Shown piece by piece: positions 38,638 to 51,699 of a stretch of DNA of 64,000 nt. This DNA comes from Gnetum montanum (Eukaryota > Plantae > Gnetophyta): NCBI GenBank assembly GCA_015680685.1, contig MNCI01002086.1, forward strand, positions 314,781 to 378,780. The letters run 5' to 3'. The notes under the pieces are model-generated. The model was not told the DNA's origin. It was given only the letters and a program-made list of their open reading frames with translations, and did not search any database. Position numbers and translations under genes: made by a program. Each line of letters starts with the position of its first letter. The stretch's first letter is position 1.

Positions 38638-41600
38638 TGATGAAGCATCAATTGGCTAAGATATCATAAATGCTATGTCATAGATACTACATCACATCTG
38701 CGTTGTAGCATCCTTGTCAGTGCATCTCAATTTGCTACTACATTGTAGATGCTACATTGCATCTATGATGTCATAGATGCAATATTGTAGTTGTGTCAAT
38801 GAGTATGCATTGACATAGCCCTATCAATGTGTACGTCTCGATACAATCCCATTGATGCATGCGTTGATGCGTTGACACGTACGCATTGAAACAGTGTATG
38901 TTTTCACCTATAAATATGTGTGCTCCCATGATGTATTTGGCATTATTTTTTCAATAGAGTAGTTAAACCCTTGCAATTTTATTTCATAGTCTTAGAGAAT
39001 AGTTAATGAGTGCCCACAGTGTGGATTTGAGTTCATTGTTCGATGTCTTATTTAAGTGGCAATGTACCTAGACACATTCCATGAACAACAATAAGATTGA
39101 GATTGAAACCTATTTATTACAACACTTTGACTTAGATTAAATTTACTTTAATGAACTTTAAATTCATGTATGTAGTTAATATTTACATTTCCATGTATAT
39201 TAATTAATTAGCAGAATGAGCATGACCAATTTCAAGCATACACACTTATTTGCTTGGTAATCTTAGCAGCGTTATTGCTTGGTTCACCCAATAGAATAAC
39301 ACTTGGTAATCCAAGTAGTGGATACATGGGTTTCAAATGTGTACAACAAGCTAGGGAATGGACACTTATCACCTGTAGGCTAATTTAAAATTTACTTTTC
39401 ATTGTTAATTAAATTAAATACTTAATTTCTCTATTATCGTTAGGAGTAGCATAAGGCTAAAACAACATCAATAATCATATGTCTCACTTTGGACTAAAAC
39501 ATACATGATAAAGCTACCACTAGTTCAAGTGGTAAGATAGCAAACTATGATCAATGCTTAACAATTTAGATGCCAAACTAGTCCCATTCATGGAATTTGA
39601 TCAGGTTGCACATGAATGCTCGTAATTCGTATGGTTGGGTGTAGGGGTACTTTTCACTCATCATTGGCACCATTGCTAGGGATGGTGCTAGTTATCTAGA
39701 TTAGTTATATTATAAATGATCATTGTAAAAGTATTAATGAATTATCTTTTAGAAAATATTAAAACTTTAAGTTCCACATGTTACAAACATGCTTTCTTCA
39801 CATAGGGAAAATAATGCATAATATGATGAGAACATTCATAGGAAAAATGATAGGTTCTATACTAAAGAGAATTGAAGTGAAAAACCTCAATTAGGAGTTT
39901 CATATGCTCATCTCAACCCTTACTACACTCAAGGACTATGTTCAACTAGTGTAGATAATCCTAGAGGAGATAGAGTAAGTCCTAGAAAAATGAGGGCCTC
40001 AAGGTATAGGACCTCCTCTAAACCTAGAAAAGATAGATCAAATGACCATGGGGGGAGATATAGCAGCCATGATGATTCTCCCAGTTCCCCATCTTCCTCT
40101 TCTTCTTCAACACCTAGTTTTGACGAAGATGAATTTAGGTATAGAGATAGAGCTCCTCCAAAGGGTTAAAATGAAGATAGAAATTGAATCCAAGGACTAG
40201 ACTAAAGACATCAAAATGAGCATAGATAAGATCATCACTATTAGATAAATAGAAATAGAGAGTATCACCATGATGTGTTTGCTACTGATGAACCATTATT
40301 GGCTACTGGGGGCCTGACATAAATTTAGGAGGTAGTTAAAATACCCCAAAGGCATCAAAGGGATAGCTGCATCAAATGGCTTGATATGGATAACATTCCT
40401 AAATTTATGGGAGGCTACAATTCTAATCCACAACATCATTTACAAGTCTTCCATGATGCCTTCACCTTACAAAACATTGAATGCAAGTGGAAAAATCTTA
40501 ATCTCTTTCCTAGGATGCTAATAGATGAAGCTAAAAGTTGGTATAGATCATTGGAACCTGATTCCATTCACCAATGGTCCACAATGCTAGGACTCTTCAA
40601 CAAAAAATACCAAACCTATGCGAGAGTGTCCAACCTAAGAAAAAAAATTCAAGAATGGAAGCAAGAAAAACATGAATCCTTGGATGTGGCCTTGGATAGA
40701 ATTATTCTCTATGACATAGATGTCTAGGCCATGATTTTTCTCAAAAAGAGAAACTTTTCCACATCATAGATGGGCCTCATAATAAAACAAGGGAGACCCT
40801 TGGGATTTATGTCTAAGGTTAGTTATATGGAATAAAATCCCATCAAATACAAAGGCTAATTTTGTAAGTGGAAAAAGAAGAAGGAGAGCTATGTAAATGA
40901 GAGAATGTAGAGGAATACAACTAGGATCCAACTTTTCAAAAGAAGAGGGTCTATATTTATGATGATGAAAAAGAGGTAGCTCCCAATGAGGTGATTTCAC
41001 AACAAACATTGTCAATACAAAAGTCTATCGATGAGCTTGAAGCAAGGATAGATAAGATGTGGAAGTTGATGAATGAAAAAGTTACAACTTACATGAAAAC
41101 CATAGAGGAGAAAGTAACACAATAGGAATAAAGTGATCAAAATAATAAGAGGAAAAAGAACCAATAAATAGCTAGGAACACTTATTGGAAAAATGGTAAA
41201 ATAGCTATAGAAGAAGAGGCTATAGACTCAAGCATAGAAGAGGATGATGGATGTGACATCTACCTATATGACCATCCAAAGGAATATTACCTAGTCATGT
41301 TACATCTACATGAGTGTTGAGCTTTTGCTTTAAATCCAAAGTACATACAAAAGTAAATGCCTAGGAAATTATCTTACTCACAAGGTAATTATTGATAGTT
41401 ATACAACCAACCATACTATCCTAGTGGGACTTCTTATCAACCTCACAACTACTATCAACTGCAATGGAAAAATCCACAGTTACAGGGGAGGCCATCATCA
41501 AACCAACACTACCCTTACTACTAGTTGGACCCATATCGATATTATGTTCAGCAACCTGTTTCCCCAACTAGTTCTACTTCATCTACCTCACAACACTACT

Positions 41601-44600
41601 ACCACTCTCCTGAGTATCATTAACCTGCAACATCTTCTACAGGATCACCACCTCCCACCTCTCATCCTTTGTCATATCCTTAATATTCTCATACTTTCCT
41701 CCACCACATGTCATTGCCAAGAACATAAGAAGGTTTGGAACCATAACATTAATGAAAAAATGTCACTTGTGCTATGAGCATACATAGAAATGATAATGCT
41801 AGTAGATCTCAACCACAACCTCGGAAATGTCCTTTCTTTAGGATAGTTTCTATGCCCAAGCATAAAACTTGTAGACCTATTAGCATAGCAAAATTAGCAT
41901 AGGGCTGATCTAGTACAACATCCTTTCTTGTCGGAATAATGTCTTCTGATCATATGCAAAAGCCAACAACCATCACCACTCCAACATAAGAATAAAAGAT
42001 GAACCTATCATTGTGGAGGGACAGAAGAATCCATGCATCATTAATAATAACAAAGGGTGTAGTTGTGGGTTGGAAGTTCAAAATATCAACATAGCCCCTA
42101 TACCAATCCACAACAAAGTTAAGAAATAATTGTGTGAGTGAAAAAAAGTCTACTTAGTAGCCACAAAATGAGAAGAAACCTAGTGGCTTGAAAATAAGAA
42201 TACAAAACTATTTAAAAGATGCATGGAACCAAACAAGCCACTTATTATTTCTAGACTTAAGAAAATGGATCAAAAAAAGAACTTAGATGCAAAGATCTTA
42301 TACTCTAACTATACACCAAAAAAATATATTAAACAAGAAGACCCATGAATTAAGATAGAAAATCAAGAAGAGGAATAAAACGCTTCTGGATCTTTTGAAA
42401 ACGAAATACCTTCAAGTCTAGTAAGCAAGATGGAACACATCAATGTGAGGTCACTGTTAATGGTATGGACTTGGGCTGAACTTGGACAATTAGGTATGAT
42501 GATCATTTTAATTACATTTGACATAAGAACCTATTGTAGACATGGTTAAGTACTTACATCTCTATTTAGGCAATTCATCTCATCCCATTATTCACCTCAC
42601 TACTACATACAATTATGAGCCTTTTGGTTTTGTGTAGTATAGTGCAACATCCTAACCAAGGTAGTTGTGTCATGTTTGGAATAAAGGCATGGTCTACATT
42701 TAACTTCTTGGGTGATCACAAACATCTATAGAAGTGGTTATGCAAGGGCATTATGGCAAGAGCTTGCTTTGGGGAGGGTCCACTTGTGTAACTTTTGTTG
42801 GTCATGGCTTTGAACTAACCTTCATATCTTCCAAAACATCATTGATGATTTCTCTAAATTTATGCATGGGACTACTTCTCATCAATTTTAATTAATTTTT
42901 CCTACTTTTCTATCTCAATATCCTTCAACTTCTAAAAACTTTCTTGGCCATCTTCTGCATTGGACCTTTGGTTTTAATTGTTTAAAAACTTGTGCACTTC
43001 CAAAGTTATGCTTATTAGTCATGGGGACTAGGGATGCCTGCTTTGAAATTTTTGAAAATTTTTCCAACATCCTATTTTTGAACATTATTGTAACTAATAG
43101 TTATTAACCAAAATAAGGTAAACAACTTAATGATTTTAGTTACCTCATAGCCTTGAGCATAGTACGCTATCATCACCTTGTGCCTTAATACAAACTAAGG
43201 GATCCAAAAAGGTTAATTATTAAGGAAAATTTACCAAAACTAATGTTGATCCTTTAATGACTATAGGTGATACTAAAAGGAACACCTAAGAAAGAAGGTC
43301 TTTTACTAGGCATGGAAAGAAAGCCAAGAGAGGGACAACAGAGAATATGCCCATGGACAAATAGTAGCACACACAATATACTGGCTCAAACATCACATGA
43401 TTGCTTGATCCATGGGATAATGAGAAAAAATTTCAGTCCATCCTTCAAGAATGTTTTGCATAACGAAAGAAGCATCGACATAAAAATCAAGGTTGGAAGT
43501 CTATCACCGCTAGTGACAATAAAAAGAATCATCTTCAATGGATTTTTGAAGACCTCTACAAATTTTGTAATCTTCAATGTCTATCCAATCTTTTTGTTAT
43601 TTTGTCATTTTATATGCATACACATGAATAAAATTTTTTAATGTAGCACTTAGAGTCAGTTAGTAGTTAGCATCAGTCAATAATCCCACACTTCCCAATT
43701 TTTTTGTAATGAAAGATTAGTCCTATCTTGTTAACTTGAGGACAAGTTTTTAGTTAGCCATGGGAGTATGATGAAGCATCAATTGGCTAAGATATCATAG
43801 ATGCTACATCTCATTTGCATTGTAACATTCCTGTTAGTGCATCTCAATTGGTTGCTACATCACATCTGCAATGTCATAGATGTGATATCATAGTTGTGTC
43901 GACGAGTACACATCAACATAGCCTCATTGACATGTATAGGTCAACTCGATCCCATCAACACATGTGTTGACACATACATGTCAACACAGTGTGTGTTTTT
44001 GCCTATAAATATGTGTGCTCCCACTGTGTATTTGTCATTCTTTTGTCAATAGAGTAGTAGAACCCTTGTAGTTTTATTTCGTAGTCTTAGAGAATAGTTT
44101 GTGAGTACCTACAGTGTGGATTTGAGTTAATTGTATTACGTCTTATTTAAGTGGAAATGTACCTAGACACATTCCATGAATGACAATAAGATCAAGATTG
44201 TTTCCTATTTATTGTACCACTTTGACTTAGATTAAATTTACTTTAAAGCACTTAAAATTCATATATCTAGTTAATATTTACATTTCCATGTATTTTAATC
44301 AAATGGCAAAATGAGTGTGACCAGATTTGAGCATAAACACGTATTCGCTTAGTAATCATAGCAGTGTTATTGCTTGGTTTTCCTAGTAGCATAATGCTTG
44401 GTAATTCCAATAGTAGATATGTGGGTTCAAGATGTGTATGATAAGCTAGGAATATATACTCACACTCGTAGGCTAGTTTAGACTTTACTTTCCATTGGTA
44501 ATTAGATTAAATACTTAACTTCTCTATTATCATTAGGAGTAACATAAGGCTGAAACAACATCAATAATCATATGCCTCACTTTGGACTAAATCATACATG

Positions 44601-44755
44601 ATAAAGCTACTACTAGTCCAAGTGGGAAGACAGTGAATTGTGATCAATACTTAACAATCTAGATGCCAAACTAGTTCCATCCATAGAATTCGATCAATGC
44701 AAGTGAACACTCATAATTCGTATGGTTGGGCATAGGGGGTACTCATTGCTCATCA
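38638..44755 (+). mobile_element. Athila-type LTR element C, non-autonomous (gag only); LTRs 38638-39663 and 43769-44755
   Basis: TGATG…CATCA LTR pair with a perfect CCAAG TSD (38633-38637 / 44756-44760). PBS TGGCACCATTGCTAGGGA (39665-39682) is a decayed tRNA-Asp PBS. Athila-like CTTGAGGACAAG…GGGAG precedes the 3' LTR. Confidence 0.9.
40386..40727 (+). pseudogene. gag: Retrotransposon gag fragment of element C
   Basis: IPKFMG…NPQHHLQVF…LFPRMLIDEAKSWYRSLEPDSIHQWSTMLGLFNKKY is a Retrotrans_gag motif. Confidence 0.85.
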
Positions 44756-45439
44756 CCAAGCCAAATCCAAGTGAACACCTAATCAATATGAGTGCAACTA
44801 GGAACCAATATGTATGATAATAGACCTAATGTATGCAGCAATGAATGATTTGAAAGAGATTTAGGTGTTACTTTATGTAGATCTCAGACCTCAAAAGTAG
44901 CCTGCTTACTTGGAGTCCAACTTAAGTAAACAAAATAGCTAGGAACAACTTTTTTAGTTAACATAATGGCTATTCAAGATGTTTCATTCAAGGCTTAAAT
45001 GTCCACTCTATCATAGTTACATTCAGGTGGGATGCCCAAGTTTGGTAGGAGCATCCATCTTTGAGATCTACACACATTTAGGTGGGATATCCAAGTTTGG
45101 CTAGGACATCCATCCTAAGATCTAGGCACATTAAGGTGGGATGTCTAGCTTTAGCTAGAACATCTAACTTCCTAGTGGGATGTCTATCCTCAACTAGACC
45201 TGAAGTCTAAACGTGGTCTACACTTTGCTAGGATGTACATAGCTAGGTATGAATATCTACCCCTAAGCAATGATGAAACCTTAACCTCTCAAACTTTCTC
45301 CTAAGCATGCCAAATTGCCCAAAAAACTTGCAACAAGTTCTTTTACCTTTGATCTTGATCCAAACTTAGCAACTCAACACACACACACATAGCCAATCAC
45401 ACTTCCTTATTTTTCTAGTTTTTAGTCCATGAAAACATA

Positions 45440-46200
45440 GGATTGATGAATAAAGACTCTTGATTTGGAAACTGCAAGTTATGAATTTGATTCTAGTGGG
45501 CAATGTTGAGTTATAATTTGACTCTATGTCTTCGGAGTAAATATTGCTTAAGAAAACTTTCAATTTCGATACCCCCCATTATCTAAGAGTTAAAATAGTG
45601 AGATGGCTCAAAATTGGTGGTGAAGAATGAATAAACCAATTATGCAATAAAAAAATTATTGAAAATGAGTACCCTATTTTCCTACAATGTCTTGCATTTG
45701 AACACACATTAGACATAAATATGATATCATAGATATAAATTTGATTGATTTATTTTAAATGTTACTAGGAACACTTGGTAATTTTATTAAGGATATTTTT
45801 AAAACTTAGAGGATGTAACACAATTTAAGTTCAGTTTCAATAAAGGTTTAGTATTAAGAGTTTTGGTATGCAAAATCTAAGTTACTAAATTATAGAAAAT
45901 GAGATAAAATCGTAAAAAGAATTCTCATACAATCTAATAGGTATGAAAAGGTCTCATTGTACCCAAGTAAAATGTGTATTACTTTATATATATTATAGCC
46001 TAGTGGTAAGACTCTTTATTTGGAAACTTCAAGTTATGAGTTTGATTGTAGTGGGCAATGTTCAGTTATAAAATTTACTATATATCTTAGTAGTATATAT
46101 TGTTTAAAAGAATATTTCAGATTGGAATACCACATATATATATATATTAGTGGTAAGAGTCTAAGTTTCATAAAACTAGGTCATAGATTTGATTCCACCA
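45440..46200 (+). mobile_element. Cluster of decayed tRNA-derived SINE-like heads (~45440-45560, ~45997-46120, ~46148-46200)
   Basis: A-box-like TAGCCTAGTGGTAAG followed about 35 nt later by B-box-like GAGTTTGATT. The first two copies share about 110 bp of similarity. Another A-box-like piece lies near 37965. Confidence 0.45.
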
Positions 46201-48107
46201 TAAAGTACTAAATTCTAATTTAAAAAAAAAATCTAAAACCGGTCCAATAAATTCAAAAATATCAATAATTTCGGTTACAGTTTCATATTAGAAAGATAAA
46301 ATTCCTTTAAAGGTTTAAATACAACGTACATAGTTTAACTATGTTTATATCCTTGAGTTGTGTTGTACACGTCTACGGCATACATTTAAAAGGAAGAATT
46401 CATATACAAATTTAGATACAATATACATATTTCAAATCTGCTTGCATCATCGACTTGGTGCACATTTAAAACATGAGGGTGGTAAGCCAAAGCTAACGTG
46501 AAACGTGAATATCTCTGGCCATGAATCCGTGATAAAAATCCTTACGTTTGCCGACACCTTGGCTTCCTATCATGAAAACTCCATCACAATCAACCACCGA
46601 AAACCATGAGAAGCATGTGATTGACACGCAAACCCGAAATCACTGAACATATATATCCTCTTCGAATGCGAATGTTGGGGCTGAGTCGGTATGGAATCGA
46701 TAATTGAGGAAGCGGAGAATGGGAGAGAGAAATGATTGGAAAGGAAGCAGGAAACCGAAATCCTGGAAGAGCAGAGGTGCATGGTCTGCAAACGCAGGAA
46801 GAGCAAACAGGTAGCCTTGGATTGAGGGAATTCAACTGCCCCTGAACATGGATATGGGCACGCGAATCCCAATTCGTTGTTTTGTTGCCATCCCAACTCT
46901 GTTGTCGCTGGCAGCCACACAATGAAAAAAGAAGAAAATGAAATGGGAACGAAAAAAACAAGAAAAAAAGGATACGCCACCGAAAGCTGTCAGAAAGAGG
47001 AAATCCAACGGAAACGGTAGCATCCAAACGCAGAACCGTGTAATCATCAAAAATCAAAATCATCAACAAGAAAGAACTAAAGGACAGCAGCAGCAGCAGC
47101 AAAAATGATCCAAAACATGGATAGATGAATGAATCGGATGGATGGATGATGAGGTGGAGGATTATGCAGGAGGAATAAGAAAAATTTCGGCAATTGCAAA
47201 CTGTCAATCACTAACCATTATGGCAGGATACAGCCATGGCAGATTTTGTTTGAGAATGAAAGAAAGAAAAATGAATGAGCAGCAGCGGCAGCTGCTGCTT
47301 GATTTCTTCTTCTTCTTTCTTTTTACTGTGTGTGTTTTTATATGTGTTTATGTGCGCGCTCCACGCAGACGCCCAACGGTCGCATAAGCAGACACGCTTT
47401 CATGGTGGTTTTGAAACGTGAAAAGCCATGGTGCCAGGCTTTTGCTGGGTTTCGTGTCACGCAGGCTCTCTGCTCTAGTGCTCTGTCACCAGGCAAGCCC
47501 CCCACCACAGCGGTTTTTCCGCAACGTTTTTGTCTACTGTGCTCCAAAATTTTTCCCTAAACCGTACCAACAAATTCAGGCTGTATTCCTTGCTTACCAA
47601 AAAAAAAATTTTCAGCAGTAATGGAGTTGTTTCCAGTTTTCCCATATCTGCATTGTCGTTAAAAAACATTTTTGGGTGCTGGGTTTCCTGCTCATTTGCG
47701 GTATTTTGTTTTTCTGGTCGACATTGGCATTGTAGTATTTCCATATTTGCACCGCTGCAGAACTTTTTGGGGTTTTGGGTGGTTTATTTGTGGTGGCAAT
47801 AAAGTTGTTGTGATTAAAATTGATTGATCGACTGCTCTGCTACCCGTGAATGATAAGAATGGGGAACTCTGTGTGGACGCCTGTTGTTGGAGGAATTATA
47901 CGTCACCACAGGCAACAACCGCATTTCAGGACTATATATGCAGTTCTTTTGTTCAAGAGGGCACCATCTATTCATTCAGTGAAACATCGTTTTTCTTCCT
48001 TTTCTTCTTCTTCTTCTCCTGCCTTTTTATTTGTTCTTTCTTCTGCTTCTTCTTCATCTCTTTCTTTTTATCAGCTGAGGCGCTCTCTTCCCTCCTCCAC
48101 CTCCAAT

Positions 48108-49981
48108 ATGATGCTGCACAGTCTGGTACGCTCCGGAGTCGGCATTCTCGGTGCGTAATTCCAGCCCAAATATCTGTTTTCTTTGTTTTCATTTGGTTTT
48201 TCGGCCTTGTGAGCATGTCTCTAGGATGTCACTGGGTCTGGGTTTTTGTGGGTTTTCATGGTTTTTGGTGGGTTTCTGCAGGAAGTGGCGTATCGCTGCT
48301 CATGTACGCAGCACCCATGTAAGTTTAGTTCTTCTGGCATGGTTGAACTGGTTCTTGGTCCTTCATGGTGTGTTTGGTTTTTTCCTTGTTGGATCTTACT
48401 CAAAGGAGAATTGTTGCTGGTATATGAATTTGCAGAGCCACGATGAAGACGATGATAGAGAAAAAATCAACAGAGAAATTTTCAGGCTTCCCATATGCAA
48501 TTGCGCTGTTCAACTGTCTGATCTATATGCTGTATGGTTCCCCTCTGATCAGCAACAAGTGGGAGAATGTGGTGGTGCTGGTGGTTAATGCCATTGGCTT
48601 CCTCCTCGAGTGCTGCTTCATCTCCATTTATCTCACCTTCGCTTCCCCAAAAGTCAAGGTCGTATTCTCTACTATTCACACACCCCTCTCTCTTTCATAG
48701 TATCCAACATGAACTTTGAACATGCTTTTTCAAAAAATAACATTATCAAGTATTGAAGTTCGCATATGCTTTTAAGGATTAGGATCATGCCTAGGATTTC
48801 CACTTAGCCCTTCATAGCCAAATCCTGAATTTAGGTTTTCGTTGCATGTTGTGCATAACAAATCAACTACAAAACCACACTACAAAGTACAAACTGAGCA
48901 TGTAGGAAGTGGGAGATGGGAATAATAAATTTAGCTGTTTAGGTATATACCAATAAGTCATGAAGCATGAGTGTAGAATTTGGTTCGTACTGGCATGAGA
49001 ATTGCTACTTTATCTGGAGTTTAGGACACTATTCCTTATCCATGTTCTAAACTGAGCTCCATCATAAGCTAAAAGAGAGTTTCAGTCTTTCAATGGCGGT
49101 ATGCGTGGCTAACTATTAGTGATAGTAGGTCAGTAAATCGGTTACAATTTGGATAAGGCAGCATGTGGGTGATGATCTGATGATGAGGCTTGGTCTTCCT
49201 GTAATTGCACTGCTGTGTGCAGAAAACTATGCTGAGAATGCTGGCTTGCGTGATAATTCTGTTTGGGGCCACGACAACGGTTGCATTTCTTGCGCTGCAT
49301 AATCGAAAAGAACAGAAGCTTGTGGTCGGCACAACTGGCATGGTGGCTACAGTCATTCTCTATGGTTCTCCCCTGTCTGTAATTGTGAGTAGTGCAGTAT
49401 TCTCTTTCATGCATACTTCCGTTCTTTCACTTCTTCACATTCCAAAACAAATTAAACAAGTGGTGGCTCACCAACATTCTGACTGCAGAAACTAGTAATC
49501 GAAACCAGGAGTGTGGAATATATGCCCATCCATCTGTCTCTCTGCTCCTTCGTCTGCAGCATTCTGTGGCTAATCTACGGGATCTTGGGCAAAGATCTAA
49601 TCATCATGGTAATTAATTTACCTTCCGCATGTTAATTGTCATCAATCTATACTGAAATTGGAAAATTTTATTATGATTACTATACCCGCATGCTCATTGT
49701 CATCTTCCAAGCAAAGATTGGAATATACTGTAATTTTTGTACGAAAATGTCCTTGATTGAATTCTATGCAGGCACCCAACTTGATGGGACTCGCATTGGG
49801 AATAGCGCAGATGCTTCTCTACGGTATTTACCGCTCAAAGAAAAGAAAAGTGGTGGAGGACAATGTTCCCAACGCCACCGCACAGATGAGCACCGCCATG
49901 AACGCAACAGCAGCAGCAGAAGAAGAAGATAACAATAACATCAACGAACACGACATAGAAATGCAGCAGGGAAACGCATGA
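48108..49981 (+). CDS. SWEET3: Bidirectional sugar transporter SWEET, clade I, SWEET3-like; exons 48108-48150, 48282-48318, 48436-48658, 49223-49384, 49489-49608, 49772-49981 (264 aa)
   Basis: Canonical SWEET exon sizes (37, 162, 120 bp) and GT-AG introns give an intact 795-nt ORF with two MtN3 repeats: LMYAAP…KKSTEKFSGFPY…FNCLIY…WEN…VNAIG; YGSPL…VIETRSVEYMP…LWLIYG…APN…AQMLLY. WEN and YGSPL match AtSWEET3. Confidence 0.95.
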
Positions 49982-51699
49982 AGAAGAACATGGAATATCA
50001 CCCAAATTCTGCAACTGTATGGTGGTTTACTGGATGTTTAATTTCTTTCCTCCAATCCATTTGTCTCTATGTGTCTGTGCATTATACCCAAAATCCCAGA
50101 TTGAAGAAAGCCCAACAAACCAAACCATAGCAAGCCAGATCCGGCAAGAATTGGTTAATCCCTTGTCTGCTGCAACTGAAAAACCCTATCTTTTGTTTTC
50201 ACGCTCTACCCCTCAAAGCGCAGACGAGGCAAATTAAACCAATGATGCCAGCGACGAATAAAAAGCGTAGTCCCGCGAGATGATGATGAGCATCCACGCA
50301 CGTGAAATCCTGATTTTATCCGATGAAGATGATGATGGAATCCAATGACGCAAAACATGTTGGGCACACACTGATGACTACAGTCTTTTTATGTGAAAAC
50401 GGCAAGAAATAAGAATATCACGCTGCGTTGGTTCCTGCTAAACTAAAAATAATGGTTACTTTACTAGCAATTGAAGAAAACCAAAGAAAAAAGAAAAGAA
50501 TACAACAGTGAAAGAAACTCCACCTCATCACGTTTTTGCTGCACCGCTCTGCCAGTAGCCATTTCTGTTAGCTAACGCCGCTCATGCTTTTGCTGCTGCA
50601 TTAAAGCATTCGTGGGCACTCATTGCAAACCCTAAAAAAGGCAGAGCAAGTGCCGGTTTGCTGCATTAAAGTATTCGTGGGTAATCATTTGAAACCGTGA
50701 GAAAACCAGAACAAGTCCTGGTTGAGACATGACAACGATCATAATTAGTACTGCTGCTAGTGCTACTGTTAACTCTCTCTCTCTCACGATTTGATCGATC
50801 GGGCAGCTGAAAAAATTGAAAAGGTTACGTGTGCGGTGCATAAATACTGTGAGCCAGAGCCAAATCCCGTACGTTTTGTCCCCTCCCACTCACGCCGCCT
50901 CCGCTATATATCGTTACCATTGATAATTATCTGCTGCATCTGCGCAAGAAATTGATGCATTCTCCATCCCTGGATATAAGCCGTGGATTCTTCCGGTTCT
51001 GGTTTTCCTTCTATGCCACGTTGCACCGTTCATGCCTTCGCTTATGTTTATTTTGCTTACGGCAGGATCAGAAAATCCGAATTAATAATGGAATCAAACC
51101 CAATCGTTCTTTCAAATTCATTGTAATGACCCAGGGGATCTGGAAAAGGTTTGAAAAGAGCGCGGGCATCGTTTGTTCCCGTGATTTCCTTGAATGAACT
51201 ACAATGTGTTTTTCTTGTGTTGATCCGTCTCTTCTCGTAATTTGCATTCTTAGATGCAGAGAAATGGACCTCCTTGAGTACTAATATTTGCTGTTAACTT
51301 TGTGAGGAGTGTGTTTGAAGATTCTCTTGCAATACGTTGACAAAAAGGCGAAGAAAGAAGATTTCATATTTTTAAAACTAGTTTAGCTATATAATATATA
51401 TATATATATATTTATTATTGGCGGAGAGAATCTTATATATTTTACAAATTAATAAAATCTCAAATTGATTCATTGAGAATTAATATTTATATTGAAAACC
51501 AAAATCAAAATGACTGTACTTTATTCCATAGCATTTTTTTTTTCCTTTTCTTCATGGTTGGATCTTACGTGGCAGGTGACATGGAGGCTGACAAAAGACA
51601 CTCCCCCCTCCCCCCATGGCCCCAAACATATTGGTCTCCGGCCAAAATTATTTAATTAAAAAAATGATTTAGACCAATAGACTCTGCTTAAAAAAATTT

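Larger units (their letters stand above)
37990..45380 (-). mobile_element. Degenerate LTR relic, possibly Copia/SIRE-like, interrupted by element C
   Basis: TAGAAGAAGGGGATGAAT resembles the CTAGAGGGGGGTGAATAG terminal motif. 38140-38250 is the reverse complement of 37230-37330. ~57-bp GGTGGGATGTCC…GGACATCC repeats at 45020-45190. Confidence 0.35.

Noticed and set aside
45997-46060. Possible tRNA gene
   Set aside because: Only degenerate A/B boxes, with no cloverleaf or acceptor stem; treated as SINE-like.
46758-46785. Resemblance to miR408 or its target site (TCCTGGAAGAGCAGAGGTGCAT)
   Set aside because: Needs indels and several mismatches, and no supporting hairpin was seen.
47846-48588. 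Several overlapping Phe- or Lys-rich ORFs
   Set aside because: They are translations of the CTT-rich 5'UTR and T-rich introns of the SWEET gene.
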